A stretch of 64,000 bases of DNA from Planctomycetota bacterium. Lineage in GTDB: Bacteria; Planctomycetota; Phycisphaerae; UBA1845. The notes beneath the pieces were generated by a model, which worked only from the letters and a program-made list of their open reading frames with translations, was not told where the DNA came from and did not search any database. The stretch is taken from the NCBI GenBank assembly GCA_052034525.1, contig JBPOIK010000053.1, positions 22,351-86,350 on the forward strand. The letters run 5' to 3'. Every line of letters starts with the position of its first letter. Positions within the stretch are counted from its first letter, which is position 1. The position numbers were made by a program, and so were the translations under genes. Positions 20,227 to 30,870 of this stretch are shown one piece after another.

Positions 20227-21465
20227 ATGGATGCCGACATCCTCAGCATCGGAACGGAAGTGTCGACCGGAGCGATCGTCAACACGAACACGGCCTGGCT
20301 GGCCCGGGCCCTGATGGCGGTAGGCGTGGTGCCGCGGCGGCACGTTACGGTGGGGGACCGGCTGGACGCCATCCGGGACGAAATCACGCGGTCCGCCCGG
20401 GAAGTCGAGGTGGTGCTCGTCTCGGGCGGCCTGGGTCCGACCCTGGACGACATGACCCGCGATGCCCTGGCCGCCGCGCTGAGCGTGCCGCTCGAACGCG
20501 ACGAGGCATCCGTTGAGCACATCCGCGACCTGTTCCGCAGGATGGACCGCCCCATGGGCCGGAACAATCTGCAACAGGCGCTGGTGCCGCGGGGGGCGCG
20601 GGCGTTGGAGAACCCCTGGGGCACCGCGCCCGGCCTGCGGGCGGAGTTGCACCGCGCGGTTGTGTTCTGTCTGCCCGGCGTGCCGCGCGAAATGGAGCGG
20701 ATGTTCGAGCGACACGTGGCCCCGGAGCTGCGCCGGCGGTGTGATACGGCGCTGGCCGTTCGGGTGCTGCGGACGTTCGGCCAGGGCGAGTCGAACATCG
20801 GCGAACAGATCGCCGTGTTCATGGACCCGGCCCGCAATCCGTCGGTGGGTACGCAGGCGTCGGAGGGGCTGATCAGCGTGCGGATCGTCGGCCGGGCGGC
20901 GTCGGCCTCGGAGGCGCAGCAGCTCGTGGACGCGGATGCGCAGGCGATCCGCGCGGTGTTGGGCCGGATCGTGTTCGGCGAGGATGACGATACGTTGCCC
21001 GGCGCGGTGGGTCGGATGCTCGCGGAGCGCGGCCAGACGCTGGCCACTGCGGAAAGCTGCACGGGGGGGATGATCGCGGCGTCCATCACAGACGTTTCGG
21101 GCAGCAGCGGGTATTTCCGGCGCGGTTACGTGACGTATTCCAACGAGGCGAAATCCGAGCTGCTGGGTGTTCCGCCGGAGTTAATCGCCGCGCATGGAGC
21201 GGTCAGCGAGCCGGTGGCACAGGCCATGGCCGTCGGGTGCCTGCACCGGGCGAACGCGGATTTCGCGCTGTCGGCAACCGGCGTGGCGGGTCCGACCGGC
21301 GGCACGACGGACAAGCCGGTGGGTCTGGTGTTCATCGGGCTGGCGGACCGCGGCGAGTGTCGCGTTCACCGATTGCAGCTCAGCGATCATCTGAGTCGCT
21401 GGGCCATCCGCGACCGGACATGCAAGACAGCGCTGAACCTGCTGCGGTTACGACTGATGGAGTGA
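20227..21465 (+). CDS. cinA: CinA family protein (MoCF-binding domain plus nicotinamide-nucleotide amidohydrolase PncC domain).
   Basis: Contains 'DILSIGTEVSTGAIVNTNTAWLA' and the C-terminal 'LATAESCTGGMIAASITDVSGSS' block. Confidence 0.85.
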   Translation: MDADILSIGTEVSTGAIVNTNTAWLARALMAVGVVPRRHVTVGDRLDAIRDEITRSAREVEVVLVSGGLGPTLDDMTRDALAAALSVPLERDEASVEHIRDLFRRMDRPMGRNNLQQALVPRGARALENPWGTAPGLRAELHRAVVFCLPGVPREMERMFERHVAPELRRRCDTALAVRVLRTFGQGESNIGEQIAVFMDPARNPSVGTQASEGLISVRIVGRAASASEAQQLVDADAQAIRAVLGRIVFGEDDDTLPGAVGRMLAERGQTLATAESCTGGMIAASITDVSGSSGYFRRGYVTYSNEAKSELLGVPPELIAAHGAVSEPVAQAMAVGCLHRANADFALSATGVAGPTGGTTDKPVGLVFIGLADRGECRVHRLQLSDHLSRWAIRDRTCKTALNLLRLRLME

Positions 21466-21813
21466 GTGAGGGCCGGTCCGGCGTTACGGCGCGGCGGATG
21501 GCTGGCGAACCCGGCACACATGGAAGTGGTAGTCGGTGTGTCGCTTCAACCGGAACTGGACAACGTCGCTGTCCGGGTTTCAGTGTCCACGCTCGAAACA
21601 GGTGTTTGCTTCCCCCAGACTCCTCATCCGCCTCTCGCAAGCGCTTGGCCAGGCCAGGACTCCCGGCAAATCCGGCACTACGACTACGGTATTGAAGTGG
21701 GTTGCATCGTCCGCCGCTGACGAGCGATGTCGGGAGGCGATGAAGTCCTCCGGGGCGGGTCGCGCCCTCTCGTGATGCCGCCACAGCCCCGTGTCGGCCT
21801 TTGCGGGTTCCGC

Positions 21814-22863
21814 TCAGAACAACAGCTCGCTATCGGACGCCGGGGGGTGGGGATCGGTGGCCGGGGGAGGCAGGTGGAGGTGTTCATAGGCCGGGCGGGT
21901 GGCTTGGCGGCCCTGGCGAGTGCGGATTACGAAGCCGATCTGAAGCAGGTACGGCTCGACCACATCTTCCAGCGTGTCGCGGTCTTCGCCCATGGTGGCG
22001 GCCAGGGCCTCGATGCCGGCCGGTCCGCCGCCGTACACGCTGATCAGCGCGCGCAGGTAGCCGCGGTCCAGTTCGTCGAGGCCCAGGGCGTCCACCTGCT
22101 GGATTTCCAGAGCCCGAGCCACGACCTGCGGCGTCAAGACGCCGTCGCCCTTGACCTGGGCATAGTCGCGCACGCGTCGGAGCAGCCGGTTGGCCACCCG
22201 CGGCGTGCCGCGGCTGCGGTGGGCGATCAAATCCAGCGCCCCGTCGCGATGCTTCAGCTCCAGTCGTGTCGACGAACGCCGCAGAATCTCAGACAGCTCC
22301 GCCTGTCCGTAGAAGTCCATATGGAAGTGGTGTCCGAACCGGTCGCGCATGGCCGACGAGAGCATCCCCGCGCGGGTGGTCGCCCCGATCAGGGTGAACC
22401 GCCGCAGAGCGAAGTTCACCGTTCGTCCCCCGATGCCGCCCTCGATGGTGAAATCCACGCGGAAGTCTTCCATCGCGGGGTAGAGAAACTCCTCCACCAC
22501 CCGGGGCAATCGGTGGATTTCATCGATGAAGAGAATGTCGCCCGTCTCCAGGTTGGTCAGCAGTGCCATGAGGTCCGCCTGCTTGCCCAGGGCCGGCCCG
22601 GACGTGATTCGCGGCGGTCGGCCGTTCATCTCGTTGGCGATGACGAAGGCCAGGGTGGTTTTGCCCAGTCCGGGCGGTCCGTCCAGCAGGATGTGTTCGA
22701 GCGGCTCGTTTCGACGGCGAGCCGCCTGCATGGCGATCTCGAGCTTGTCGATCACGGCGCACTGGCCGACCATTTCCGCCAGCCGCTGCGGGCGCAGGGA
22801 AAACGCCGTCGCATCGTTGTCGGTGCCTTTCGGCTCCGCCGAGATCACCCGCTCCCGCGCCAC
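21814..22863 (-). CDS. ruvB: Holliday junction branch migration ATPase RuvB.
   Basis: Walker A 'LLDGPPGLGKTTLA'. GTG start at 22863 with AGGAGG 7 nt upstream. Confidence 0.95.
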   Translation of the reverse strand: MARERVISAEPKGTDNDATAFSLRPQRLAEMVGQCAVIDKLEIAMQAARRRNEPLEHILLDGPPGLGKTTLAFVIANEMNGRPPRITSGPALGKQADLMALLTNLETGDILFIDEIHRLPRVVEEFLYPAMEDFRVDFTIEGGIGGRTVNFALRRFTLIGATTRAGMLSSAMRDRFGHHFHMDFYGQAELSEILRRSSTRLELKHRDGALDLIAHRSRGTPRVANRLLRRVRDYAQVKGDGVLTPQVVARALEIQQVDALGLDELDRGYLRALISVYGGGPAGIEALAATMGEDRDTLEDVVEPYLLQIGFVIRTRQGRQATRPAYEHLHLPPPATDPHPPASDSELLF

Positions 22864-22911
22864 CCGCGCTACCTCCTGTCTGCGGTCCTTGCGTCCCTTC
22901 GCGCTTTCCGC

Positions 22912-23541
22912 CTACCCCTCCATCCCCGTCTTTACCCGATACGCCCGCCGGACCCATTCGTCCGCCGCGGTCACGTCCGGATGAAGCTGGCCGGCCCGTT
23001 CCAGCCAGCGCTGGGCGTCCGCGCGAGAATCGCCCCAGGCAACCAGGATTTCCAGGGCGTCCCGTTGGGCGTGGGTAAGCTCGACCACTTCCGCCGGGGA
23101 TTGCGCCGCCAGGGCCAGATCGTCCAGCTTGCCCTGAAGCTCCGCCACGATCAATTCCGCCGCACGTTTGCCGATGCCCGGCAGACGGGCCAGGGCCTTG
23201 CAGTCGCGATCCTGAATCCATCGGGCGATCCGGCCCGTCGGCTCGGCCAGGGCCTTGAGCGCCTTGCGCGGCCCGATGCCCTTCACCGAGATGAACCGCC
23301 GGAAGAACGATTTGTCTTGCGGATGAAGGAACCCGATGAGCCGCGGCGTCAGTTGGCCGGACGCCTGGTTGCCCTCGTAGAACTCCAGCGTGTGCAGCGT
23401 GATCTCGCGCCCGCGACAGGCGGCCAGTTCCCCCAGGGCGTATCGCGGGACGAGCACCTCCCGGGCCAGCCCGTCGCGATCGATCACGACGGTTTCTTCA
23501 TCCAGATCAATCAACGAACCCGTCAGTCGGACGATCATCAC
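22912..23541 (-). CDS. ruvA: Holliday junction DNA helicase subunit RuvA.
   Basis: 'MMIVRLTGSL...' with HhH motifs 'LPGIGKRAAELI'. Confidence 0.9.
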   Translation of the reverse strand: MMIVRLTGSLIDLDEETVVIDRDGLAREVLVPRYALGELAACRGREITLHTLEFYEGNQASGQLTPRLIGFLHPQDKSFFRRFISVKGIGPRKALKALAEPTGRIARWIQDRDCKALARLPGIGKRAAELIVAELQGKLDDLALAAQSPAEVVELTHAQRDALEILVAWGDSRADAQRWLERAGQLHPDVTAADEWVRRAYRVKTGMEG

Positions 23542-23553
23542 GCCGCCATCCGT

Positions 23554-24054
23554 TCAGACCGGCCGTTCCGCGCATGGCCGGCGGCCCAGATCGTACGCGG
23601 CCGCCAGGGCAATGGCCAGCGCGTCAGCCACGTCGGCCGGTTCGGGCAGCTTCGGCAGGCCCAGGGCGGCCATGATCGCCCGTTGCACCTGCCGTTTGCC
23701 CGCCCGGCCGTTGCCCGTCAGGAATCGTTTGACCTGCGTCGCGCCATAGCTGCGGACTTCCGCCCCGAACCGCCCGGCCGTCACCAGCATCACGCCGCGG
23801 GCGTGTCCCATCAAAACGGCCGTCCGCGGGTGCTTGTAGTGGGCGTAGAGCTGTTCCACCGCCACGGCGGTCGGCCGCCACTGCTCAAACACGCTCGAAA
23901 AATCCGCTTCGATCTGGATCAGGCGTTGTCCGAGATCGGCCTGCGACTGCGTCCGACAGATGCCGGCATCGCACACGGTTACTGCCGGGCCATCCGCATC
24001 CAGCACGGCGTAGCCGGACGTGTTCAATCCCGGGTCGATTCCGCAGATACGCAC
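23554..24054 (-). CDS. ruvC: Crossover junction endodeoxyribonuclease RuvC.
   Basis: 'MRICGIDPGLNTSGYAVLD'. GTG start at 24054. It is first in the ruvC-ruvA-ruvB order. Confidence 0.9.
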   Translation of the reverse strand: MRICGIDPGLNTSGYAVLDADGPAVTVCDAGICRTQSQADLGQRLIQIEADFSSVFEQWRPTAVAVEQLYAHYKHPRTAVLMGHARGVMLVTAGRFGAEVRSYGATQVKRFLTGNGRAGKRQVQRAIMAALGLPKLPEPADVADALAIALAAAYDLGRRPCAERPV

Positions 24055-24146
24055 CGCGCCGCTCCTACGAGCCGGTCCCCGCCAGAGAGTCTACCCGATC
24101 CGCCCGCCTTGTGTCGCTGGTTCCTGAAGGAGGGTCGACGGCGTTT

Positions 24147-25841
24147 CTACATGTTCCACCACGCCAGGTCGATCTGGGGGAACACGCTGTCGTGGATCTC
24201 TCCGTCACGGAGCTGGTGCTCTTCCAGGGGGGAAATCCGGTTGCCGTTCAGAATGCGGTCGATCACGTTGTTCACGATTTCGAACCGGTTGTCGTGCAGG
24301 GCGAACCGGCGAATGCCGTAATCCACCGCCTGTCCACGTGCCACCACGAACGGCCAGTCCGACGCCTGAAGCAGCAGCAGCTCGCGCGCCGCCTGCTCCA
24401 GCAGGCCGCGGATCCGTTCGTCTTTCTGCCAGGGCAGGTGGTACGTGTTTCGCCCGAATTTCGCCTCCGCCCGATACTCGACTTCCCACATCCATCGCGT
24501 CCGGTCGTTGATCCAGACCCGATGATCGCTTCCCTCGCCCCAGGAGAATTCCGGCAGCCGGTGGAACCGCTCGGGGGGTCGGCGGGTGAGTTCGTCGTTC
24601 ACGGTCGAAACGCGAATCTCCGGGTCGTGGTGGAGGTTCAGCAGCAGGTCCCGCAGGAACCGCGGCCCCTCGAACCACCAGTGTCCGAACAACTCCGCGT
24701 CGAAGCTGGCGACCACGACCCCCGGTCGGCCGTATCGGTTGCGGTGGTCCCGCAGCGTCTGGCGGATGAGGTTCGTGAAGTGGTTGGCCTGCTGGTGAAT
24801 CACGCCGGGCACGTCGTCGGGGTAGTACGGATCCTTCGAGCCGAGCCCCGACTGCGCATGGGTGACCTTCCAGTAGCGCAGGCCCCGTCGTTCGCCGTAT
24901 TTTTTGTGGAACTCCAGGTACACGCCGGTGCCGGGATAACCGATCCAACCGGACCACACCTGCTCGCACACCTCTCGACAGCGGGCGTATGCCGCGAGCG
25001 TCGCTCCGTTGGACGGGCTGCGCAACCCGATCGGCCCGACGGTGGGCCGCCAGTCTCCGCACTCGTGGATGAACCGCTTGCGGTCGTCGGAAAGCTGGTC
25101 GTAAAACAGGCGGGCTTTCTCGTCGCCGATGTTCGTCGGAACCAGCGGATCCTCAACAAAAAAGTGCGTGATGCCTTCATCCCCCAGCATCTGCTCCACG
25201 GCCAGTCGATCCCGCGGACCGCCGAAATCCACGGCCGGATACCATCGACCCGCCGGTCGGTACGCACACTCCGGCAACCACAATCCGGTGGGCTCGATAC
25301 CCAGGATTCGCCGGGTCGAGGCGATGCCCGCCCGAATCTGGGCCCGCACGCACGAATCTTCCAGAAGCAACGGCGTGTAGCCGTGCGTGGCGAACCCTGT
25401 GAGGATTTCGATGATCCCATCGCGGGCCCAGCGACCGAACGCGGAGGGAAGATCCCGCTTGATGCTCTCAAACTGTTCGGCGGTCCGGGCATACCACTCG
25501 CCCCACCGCGTGGCCAGGTAGGCGAAGTGCAGCTCATTGCGCGATTCGAAATCCTTCCGATCGTGCTCCGCCCGGTCGATACGCTCCTCCAGGTACTCAC
25601 GGAAGCCCTGTTTGAACCGATCGTGCGCCATCTGCTCCAGCAGGATCGGCGTCAGGCCGATGGTGATGGCCGGTCGACCCCCCAGATGGTGAACCTCCGC
25701 GATCATGTCCAGAATGGGCAGGTAGGTTTCGGCGGCCGCTTCATACAGCCAGTCTTCGCCGTGCGGCCAGTAGCCGTGGTGCAGAACGTATGGCAGGTGC
25801 CCGTGGAGCACCAGACAGAAGCTGCCCAGGGGATCACTCAC
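24147..25841 (-). CDS. GH57-family 1,4-alpha-glucan branching enzyme.
   Basis: N-terminal 'FCLVLHGHLPYVLHHGYWPHGEDWL' is characteristic of GH57. GTG start with AAAGGA SD. Confidence 0.8.
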   Translation of the reverse strand: MSDPLGSFCLVLHGHLPYVLHHGYWPHGEDWLYEAAAETYLPILDMIAEVHHLGGRPAITIGLTPILLEQMAHDRFKQGFREYLEERIDRAEHDRKDFESRNELHFAYLATRWGEWYARTAEQFESIKRDLPSAFGRWARDGIIEILTGFATHGYTPLLLEDSCVRAQIRAGIASTRRILGIEPTGLWLPECAYRPAGRWYPAVDFGGPRDRLAVEQMLGDEGITHFFVEDPLVPTNIGDEKARLFYDQLSDDRKRFIHECGDWRPTVGPIGLRSPSNGATLAAYARCREVCEQVWSGWIGYPGTGVYLEFHKKYGERRGLRYWKVTHAQSGLGSKDPYYPDDVPGVIHQQANHFTNLIRQTLRDHRNRYGRPGVVVASFDAELFGHWWFEGPRFLRDLLLNLHHDPEIRVSTVNDELTRRPPERFHRLPEFSWGEGSDHRVWINDRTRWMWEVEYRAEAKFGRNTYHLPWQKDERIRGLLEQAARELLLLQASDWPFVVARGQAVDYGIRRFALHDNRFEIVNNVIDRILNGNRISPLEEHQLRDGEIHDSVFPQIDLAWWNM

Positions 25842-26039
25842 AGGAAATCCTTTCCGTATAGAAGGTTACGCGCCCAATGAATGCGCCGCGACCCTGGCTG
25901 CTTCCCCCACTCCTCGCACAAGACAGCGCGTTTACCGGTGGGGCCGCGGGCTGTCAAGACCGGCTCCCGGCGCGGCGGAGGCCGGGAGCTTCCACCACCG
26001 GCCTCCGATCGTGTTCGTTCGCCCGGGCTGTCGTCGGGA

Positions 26040-27695
26040 CTATTTCGGCTTGGGCACGTGGCTCTTCAACATGCGGAAGCTCGCGTACTGTTTGGAGTTG
26101 GCGTACTTGATGGGCAGGCCCGGTTTCACTCCCGCCGCCTCGGCCGTGTAGATCACCATGTGGTAGACGTACACGAGTTCCGGGTCGGCCTTGCCCTCGA
26201 ACGCCACCAGGATGTCCAGTGAGTACTGGGTCGGCTCCTGGGTCAGCGGAGCGCGCTTCCAGATTTCCCAGTCTTTGCCCTCCACGCACGCGGCGTAGGG
26301 GATGTGCTCATCGTCGTATTCCCGGGCGCTCCATTTCGGATGTTCCCTCAGATACTCCAGGGCGGCGGCCGCGATCTCGTCGGGCTTGCCCGCGCCGGCG
26401 TAGTCCTTGTTGTGGCCGGGCCAGGTAAGCTTCTCGAGCACTTCCTTCCACAGCGGCAGGGCCGCGGCCGCGGCCGCCTCCGCCTTGCGGATGGATTCCT
26501 CGTATTTGCCGTCCGGATTCCACAGTTGGGCGAGCTTGTAGTACTTGACGGCGCTTTCCGCCCGGACGTATTTCAGCTCCAGTTTTTCCTTGTTGTCGAC
26601 GGGGATGCGGTCTGACACCTGCAGAGCGTCCTTGGCCCAGCCTTCCGCCCACTCCGCGATCTGGCGCTCGTGCTGGGCCAGGTCAATGCCGTACGCCACG
26701 TTGGCGGCCACGGCGGGCGGCATCTGCACGTCTTCCAGATTGGGCACCTGCTCGAACGCCGTGTACACCTTCATGTTCGTGTCGCCGTAGCGCTCGCGGA
26801 ACCGGGTCCGGACGGGTTCGAACCGCGCCTTCCAGTCTTGCCAGTTCTGGTGAATCACGACCCCGTTTTTCTTGGCGTTGGATTCCGACAGGAAGCCGGC
26901 CTGGTATTCCTCGCACAGGGCGGCCAGGGCCCGCCAGTCTTCCTGGGCCTGGGCGATGTCGATGGCAACGCCGACCGGCTCGTCGGCCTTGGCTTGTTCT
27001 TCCGCTTTTTCCTTCAGGAACGCGGCCATGTCGGCCTTGACCTGCGCGAGCCGCTGGGGCTGGGCGTCGATGTACGCCTGCGCCTCGTCGAAGTCCGGAT
27101 GGGACTCCACGCCTTTCTCCGCCGCCACCTGGCGGACTTTCTTGAGGGCCGCCTCCAGGGCCGGCAATTGTTTTTCGATGTCGGCGAAGTGCGCCTCCAG
27201 GGGTTTGGAGAGTTCCACGGTCTTGGAGTTCTCGATCATACGATACGAGCTTTCGATGCCGCGCTGCGCATTCTGAAACTCCTTCATCGCCTCCCGCACC
27301 GGGTAGGGCAACGCCGCCGGCGAATTGGATTTCGGCTTGCCCGAGGCGCCCGGCGTCGAGCCGGATGCAGGCGCCCCCGCGCCCGTCCGCCGCGCCAGGT
27401 CTTTCTGGAGTTTCTCGTATTTGTCCCGCAGGGGCTTGAGATCCTTATGTTCAGCGTCCGCCTCCTCGATCTTTTTCAGGAGCGCGTCCGCCGTCTTGAG
27501 CTGCTCGGCGGCCTCATCGGTTTTGCTGCTGAACATCGCGCGCTCCGCCGCGCGCAGCGCCTTGTCGGCCTCCTTCGCCCAGTCATTCACTTCTGCGGCC
27601 CTTGCCGGACCGGCAGCCCAGCCGGCCAGCAACGCCGCCAGAACCACCGCCATCACCGGTCGAATGATCGTTCGAGCCACTCTCTCGATCGACAT
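26040..27695 (-). CDS. Secreted hypothetical protein (signal peptide, coiled-coil-rich N-terminal half).
   Basis: ATG at 27695. Signal peptide 'VMAVVLAALLAGWAAGPARA'. No recognisable catalytic motif. Confidence 0.55.
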   Translation of the reverse strand: MSIERVARTIIRPVMAVVLAALLAGWAAGPARAAEVNDWAKEADKALRAAERAMFSSKTDEAAEQLKTADALLKKIEEADAEHKDLKPLRDKYEKLQKDLARRTGAGAPASGSTPGASGKPKSNSPAALPYPVREAMKEFQNAQRGIESSYRMIENSKTVELSKPLEAHFADIEKQLPALEAALKKVRQVAAEKGVESHPDFDEAQAYIDAQPQRLAQVKADMAAFLKEKAEEQAKADEPVGVAIDIAQAQEDWRALAALCEEYQAGFLSESNAKKNGVVIHQNWQDWKARFEPVRTRFRERYGDTNMKVYTAFEQVPNLEDVQMPPAVAANVAYGIDLAQHERQIAEWAEGWAKDALQVSDRIPVDNKEKLELKYVRAESAVKYYKLAQLWNPDGKYEESIRKAEAAAAAALPLWKEVLEKLTWPGHNKDYAGAGKPDEIAAAALEYLREHPKWSAREYDDEHIPYAACVEGKDWEIWKRAPLTQEPTQYSLDILVAFEGKADPELVYVYHMVIYTAEAAGVKPGLPIKYANSKQYASFRMLKSHVPKPK

Positions 27696-28054
27696 GGCAA
27701 CCCTTTCTTCTTTCTTGCAGAACGCGCGCAACTCCGTCCTCTTTCCAGTCGAACCTGACGCCGACCGGTCGGGTCTTCCGAGACCACGCGGGGCCGGAAC
27801 AGACAGAGCTTCACCGTATACCACCGGGTAGATCGCGTCAACCGGCGCGGAGTCGTGAGGGGCTTGTCGAAAACCGACACCACAGAACGTTCCGCACCAT
27901 GCAACGCCCCGCGTCTCCGAAGTGTCCATCCTGCCGCATCACAGACGATTCCAATCGCCCGCATGCCACGGCGCTGCCGCGCGGGATGTTCTGTCGCAAG
28001 AACGCGACGGGAGATCGAGGATGGTCAGTGCGGAGATGATGCTCCCGGCCACTC

Positions 28055-28894
28055 TCATTGCGGGCGGGCGCGGGCCCTGGCTTCGGACAGGCGCTGCTGC
28101 GTGTCCTGCACTTCCTCCAGAACCTTGGAATACGGACGGACAAACTCGGTGTGCCCGTCGGCGTAGAAAACATTGCCTCCTTCGCCCTTGTGGTTGTCCC
28201 GCTCGTAGACAAGCACCCAGTTGGGGCCCTCAATCTCGTCGACCAGGGCCTGGACCATTCCCGGGACGAGAACGTAACAGGCATAGGGGTCTGCCGACAC
28301 GTCCTGCAGCGTCTTGCTGGACGATGGGCAGATCAGATGCTTCGGACTCATTTCTCCCGTGTCCATGAGCACCTGAAACGCATTGTCCGGCATGGCCTTA
28401 TGCTCGCGTATGTAGATTTGCATACTCGTTCCGATGCATTTCAGGTTGAAAGCGCAGGTGATCCGCTTGGACCTCTCCCCTGCCCGGGAGAATGACGGAA
28501 AGAGAATGGCGATTACCACCAGAGGGATCATCACCAGGCCGATCGCCCCGGTGCAGATCCCCGCGATGGCCCGACGGCGCCCGCCGTACATCAACGGCTG
28601 GTCGTTGGTCCGCACCAGGGCGATGATTCCCAGCACCAGGCCGACAAGGGCCACCGGGAAAAAGCACGTCACCAAGCCCACGAGGCCGCACACCAGGGCG
28701 GCGGTGGCCATGCCCGTGCGGATCGGCAGGCCCGCACCGCCCGGGTGTGGAACCGGTCCCGGTACGATCGGCGGCGCGGAGGGCCCCGATACCGTCACCA
28801 CCGCTTCACAGAACGGGCAGCGCACCGGCTGACCCGGTTCCTGATCCGATTCAATCATTCGACCACACGAGGAACATGGAAATTGCTGCGCCAT
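28055..28894 (-). CDS. Membrane protein with an N-terminal Cys4 zinc ribbon and a DUF1559-like (H-X9-DG) C-terminal domain.
   Basis: 'CSSCGRMIESDQEPGQPVRCPFCEA', then TM segments, then 'GGNVFYADGHTEFV'. ATG at 28894 with AAAGGAA SD; the TTG at 28912 is less likely. Confidence 0.65.
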   Translation of the reverse strand: MAQQFPCSSCGRMIESDQEPGQPVRCPFCEAVVTVSGPSAPPIVPGPVPHPGGAGLPIRTGMATAALVCGLVGLVTCFFPVALVGLVLGIIALVRTNDQPLMYGGRRRAIAGICTGAIGLVMIPLVVIAILFPSFSRAGERSKRITCAFNLKCIGTSMQIYIREHKAMPDNAFQVLMDTGEMSPKHLICPSSSKTLQDVSADPYACYVLVPGMVQALVDEIEGPNWVLVYERDNHKGEGGNVFYADGHTEFVRPYSKVLEEVQDTQQRLSEARARARPQ

Positions 28895-29186
28895 GAACGT
28901 TCCTTTCAACAACGGCGATATGAACCCGCGTAAACGATTGCCCGGCGGTCACCCGTACCACCCGCCCGCCCGGGTGCGTCCTGAATATCACCGGCCGCGC
29001 GGCACAAATCAAGGATGAACCGTCAACCATGTCAACGCGGTCGGCGCGAGCGACGCCGACCATGCGCGGGCCGCGCTGACATCGAACCGCACCGCGGCGG
29101 ATCGCCATCAATCCGACTCACGAAACCGAGGGGCTCTGAGGGCCGACGCTGCGAATTTCGACGGATGGGGCAGACACTTCCGGGAG

Positions 29187-30068
29187 TCACCTGCGAGCGT
29201 CCACCGCAGCCCGGATCGCCGCGATGTGCGCCGGCGTCGTTCCGCAGCAGCCGCCGATGATGGTTGTCCCCGCGTCCAGCAGGGCTGCAACCTGATCGGC
29301 CATGTCCTGCGGTGTCTCCCGAAACACTGTCCGGCCGTCCACCAGCTCCGGCATGCCGGCGTTGGCGTGAATGAGGATCGGGCGGTCGGTGAACCGGCGG
29401 AATTCACGGGCAATGTCCACCATGTTGCGGATGCCGTTGCCGCAGTTGGAGCCGACCACGTCCGCGCCGGCCCGGACCAGGGCCGAGGCCGCCTGCTCCG
29501 GTCCGATCCCCATCATGGTGCGGTAGCCGACCGGGGTTCTGTCGAACGTCATCGTCGCGATGACCTCGACGGCGGGGTCCAGCCGCTTGGCGGCCCGGAT
29601 GGCGCAGACGGCTTCCTCCTCCGCCGTCATCGTTTCGACGCAGATCACGCGCAGGCCGGCGCCGATCATTGCGGCGATCTGTTCGGTGAACATTGCTTCC
29701 AGGTCCGACTCCGACAGCGTTCCCAGCGGTTCGACAAACTCGCCCGTGGGTCCGATGGAGCCGGCGATGATGGCCCCGGGCGCGGCTTCCAGGCTCAGCC
29801 GTGCGCCGGCCGCGTTCAGCTCCGCGACGCGGTCACCCAGCCCGCGTTTGCTCAGTTTCGCCCGGGAGCCGCCGAATGTGTTGGTCAGCACCAGGTCGCT
29901 GCCCGCGGCGGCGTAGGCGGCCGCCACGGCCCGTACCACGTCCGGGTGGGTCACGTTCCATTCTTCCGGGCACTCGCGAGCGGTCAGGCCCCTGGCCTGG
30001 AGCATGGTGCCCCACGCGCCGTCGGAAACCAGAACCCCTCTCTCGGCCAATCGCTGCAACAGGCTCAT
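29187..30068 (-). CDS. mmuM: Homocysteine S-methyltransferase.
   Basis: 'VLVSDGAWGTMLQ' and 'DLVLTNTF', with a C-terminal 'GGCCGTTPAHI' zinc site. Confidence 0.8.
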   Translation of the reverse strand: MSLLQRLAERGVLVSDGAWGTMLQARGLTARECPEEWNVTHPDVVRAVAAAYAAAGSDLVLTNTFGGSRAKLSKRGLGDRVAELNAAGARLSLEAAPGAIIAGSIGPTGEFVEPLGTLSESDLEAMFTEQIAAMIGAGLRVICVETMTAEEEAVCAIRAAKRLDPAVEVIATMTFDRTPVGYRTMMGIGPEQAASALVRAGADVVGSNCGNGIRNMVDIAREFRRFTDRPILIHANAGMPELVDGRTVFRETPQDMADQVAALLDAGTTIIGGCCGTTPAHIAAIRAAVDARR

Positions 30069-30276
30069 ACGACGCTCTCCGTGAATCCACGCGCCGAGCA
30101 GGCTGCGCGGCTCTCATCTTAGCCATGCACCGGCCAATTCCCATCGGACGGGCGATTCGGGAGCGCGCCGGTCCGTGCGGCCAGCCGGCCCCTTGCCGTG
30201 ACCGGAGAGGCCGGGTAGGAAACCACGTGGAAACCGTAACCGGAACCCAGGGCCTTGCCGGAAGGACGCGAAAGAC

Positions 30277-30771
30277 ATGGCCGAGACTGTTGACGTTGGA
30301 ATTCTCATGGGCAGTCGTAACGACTGGGAGGCCATGCGGGCGGCGGCGGACGTGCTGGCCGAGTTCGGCGTGCCGCACGAGGTACGGGTGATCTCGGCGC
30401 ATCGCACCCCGGACGCGGCGGCCGCGTATGCCGGGTCCGCCGAATCCCGCGGGCTCAAGGCGATTATCGCGGGTGCCGGCATGGCCGCCCACCTGGCCGG
30501 TGTGCTGGCGGCCCAGACGCCGGTGCCGGTGCTCGGCGTGCCGATGCAGTCCAAAGCGTTGCAGGGGCTGGATTCGCTTCTGTCCACCGTGCAGATGCCT
30601 ATGGGGGTGCCGGTGGCCACGTTTGCCATCGGCTCGGCCGGGGCCGCCAACGCCGCCCTGTTCGCGGTGGCCATGCTGGCCAACGACCGCCCCGAGCTGC
30701 GGAAGAAGCTCATCGCGTTTCGCCAGCGCCAGACGCAGGAAGCCCTGGACAAGTCCGACCCGCGGGCTTGA
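30277..30771 (+). CDS. purE: N5-carboxyaminoimidazole ribonucleotide mutase.
   Basis: 'VGILMGSRNDW...SAHRTP...IIAGAGMAAHLAGVLAAQTPVPVLGVP'. Confidence 0.9.
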   Translation: MAETVDVGILMGSRNDWEAMRAAADVLAEFGVPHEVRVISAHRTPDAAAAYAGSAESRGLKAIIAGAGMAAHLAGVLAAQTPVPVLGVPMQSKALQGLDSLLSTVQMPMGVPVATFAIGSAGAANAALFAVAMLANDRPELRKKLIAFRQRQTQEALDKSDPRA

Positions 30772-30870
30772 CGGCCTCGGCTTTGACCTCGAGCATCCCA
30801 GCCGCCTTCGGTTTGATCACACGACAGACCGTGTTCTCGATCCGCTTCGGATCGACCCGCTGGCCGGTCC
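30772..30870 (-). pseudogene. Decayed duplicate of the 3' end of the flotillin gene.
   Basis: The minus-strand translation 'QRVDPKRIENTVCRVIKPKAAGMLEVKAEAVKPAG' parallels the flotillin C-terminus 'QRIDPDLIENTVRGVIERKLAEATQVTAETVKPAAS'. There is matching nucleotide similarity to 31140-31200. Confidence 0.4.

Noticed and set aside
21727-24321. 864-aa ORF on the plus strand.
   Set aside because: It is antisense to ruvB, ruvA and ruvC, which have unmistakable motifs. The composition is wrong-frame-like.
24111-25880. 589-aa ORF on the plus strand.
   Set aside because: It is antisense to the GH57 branching enzyme gene.
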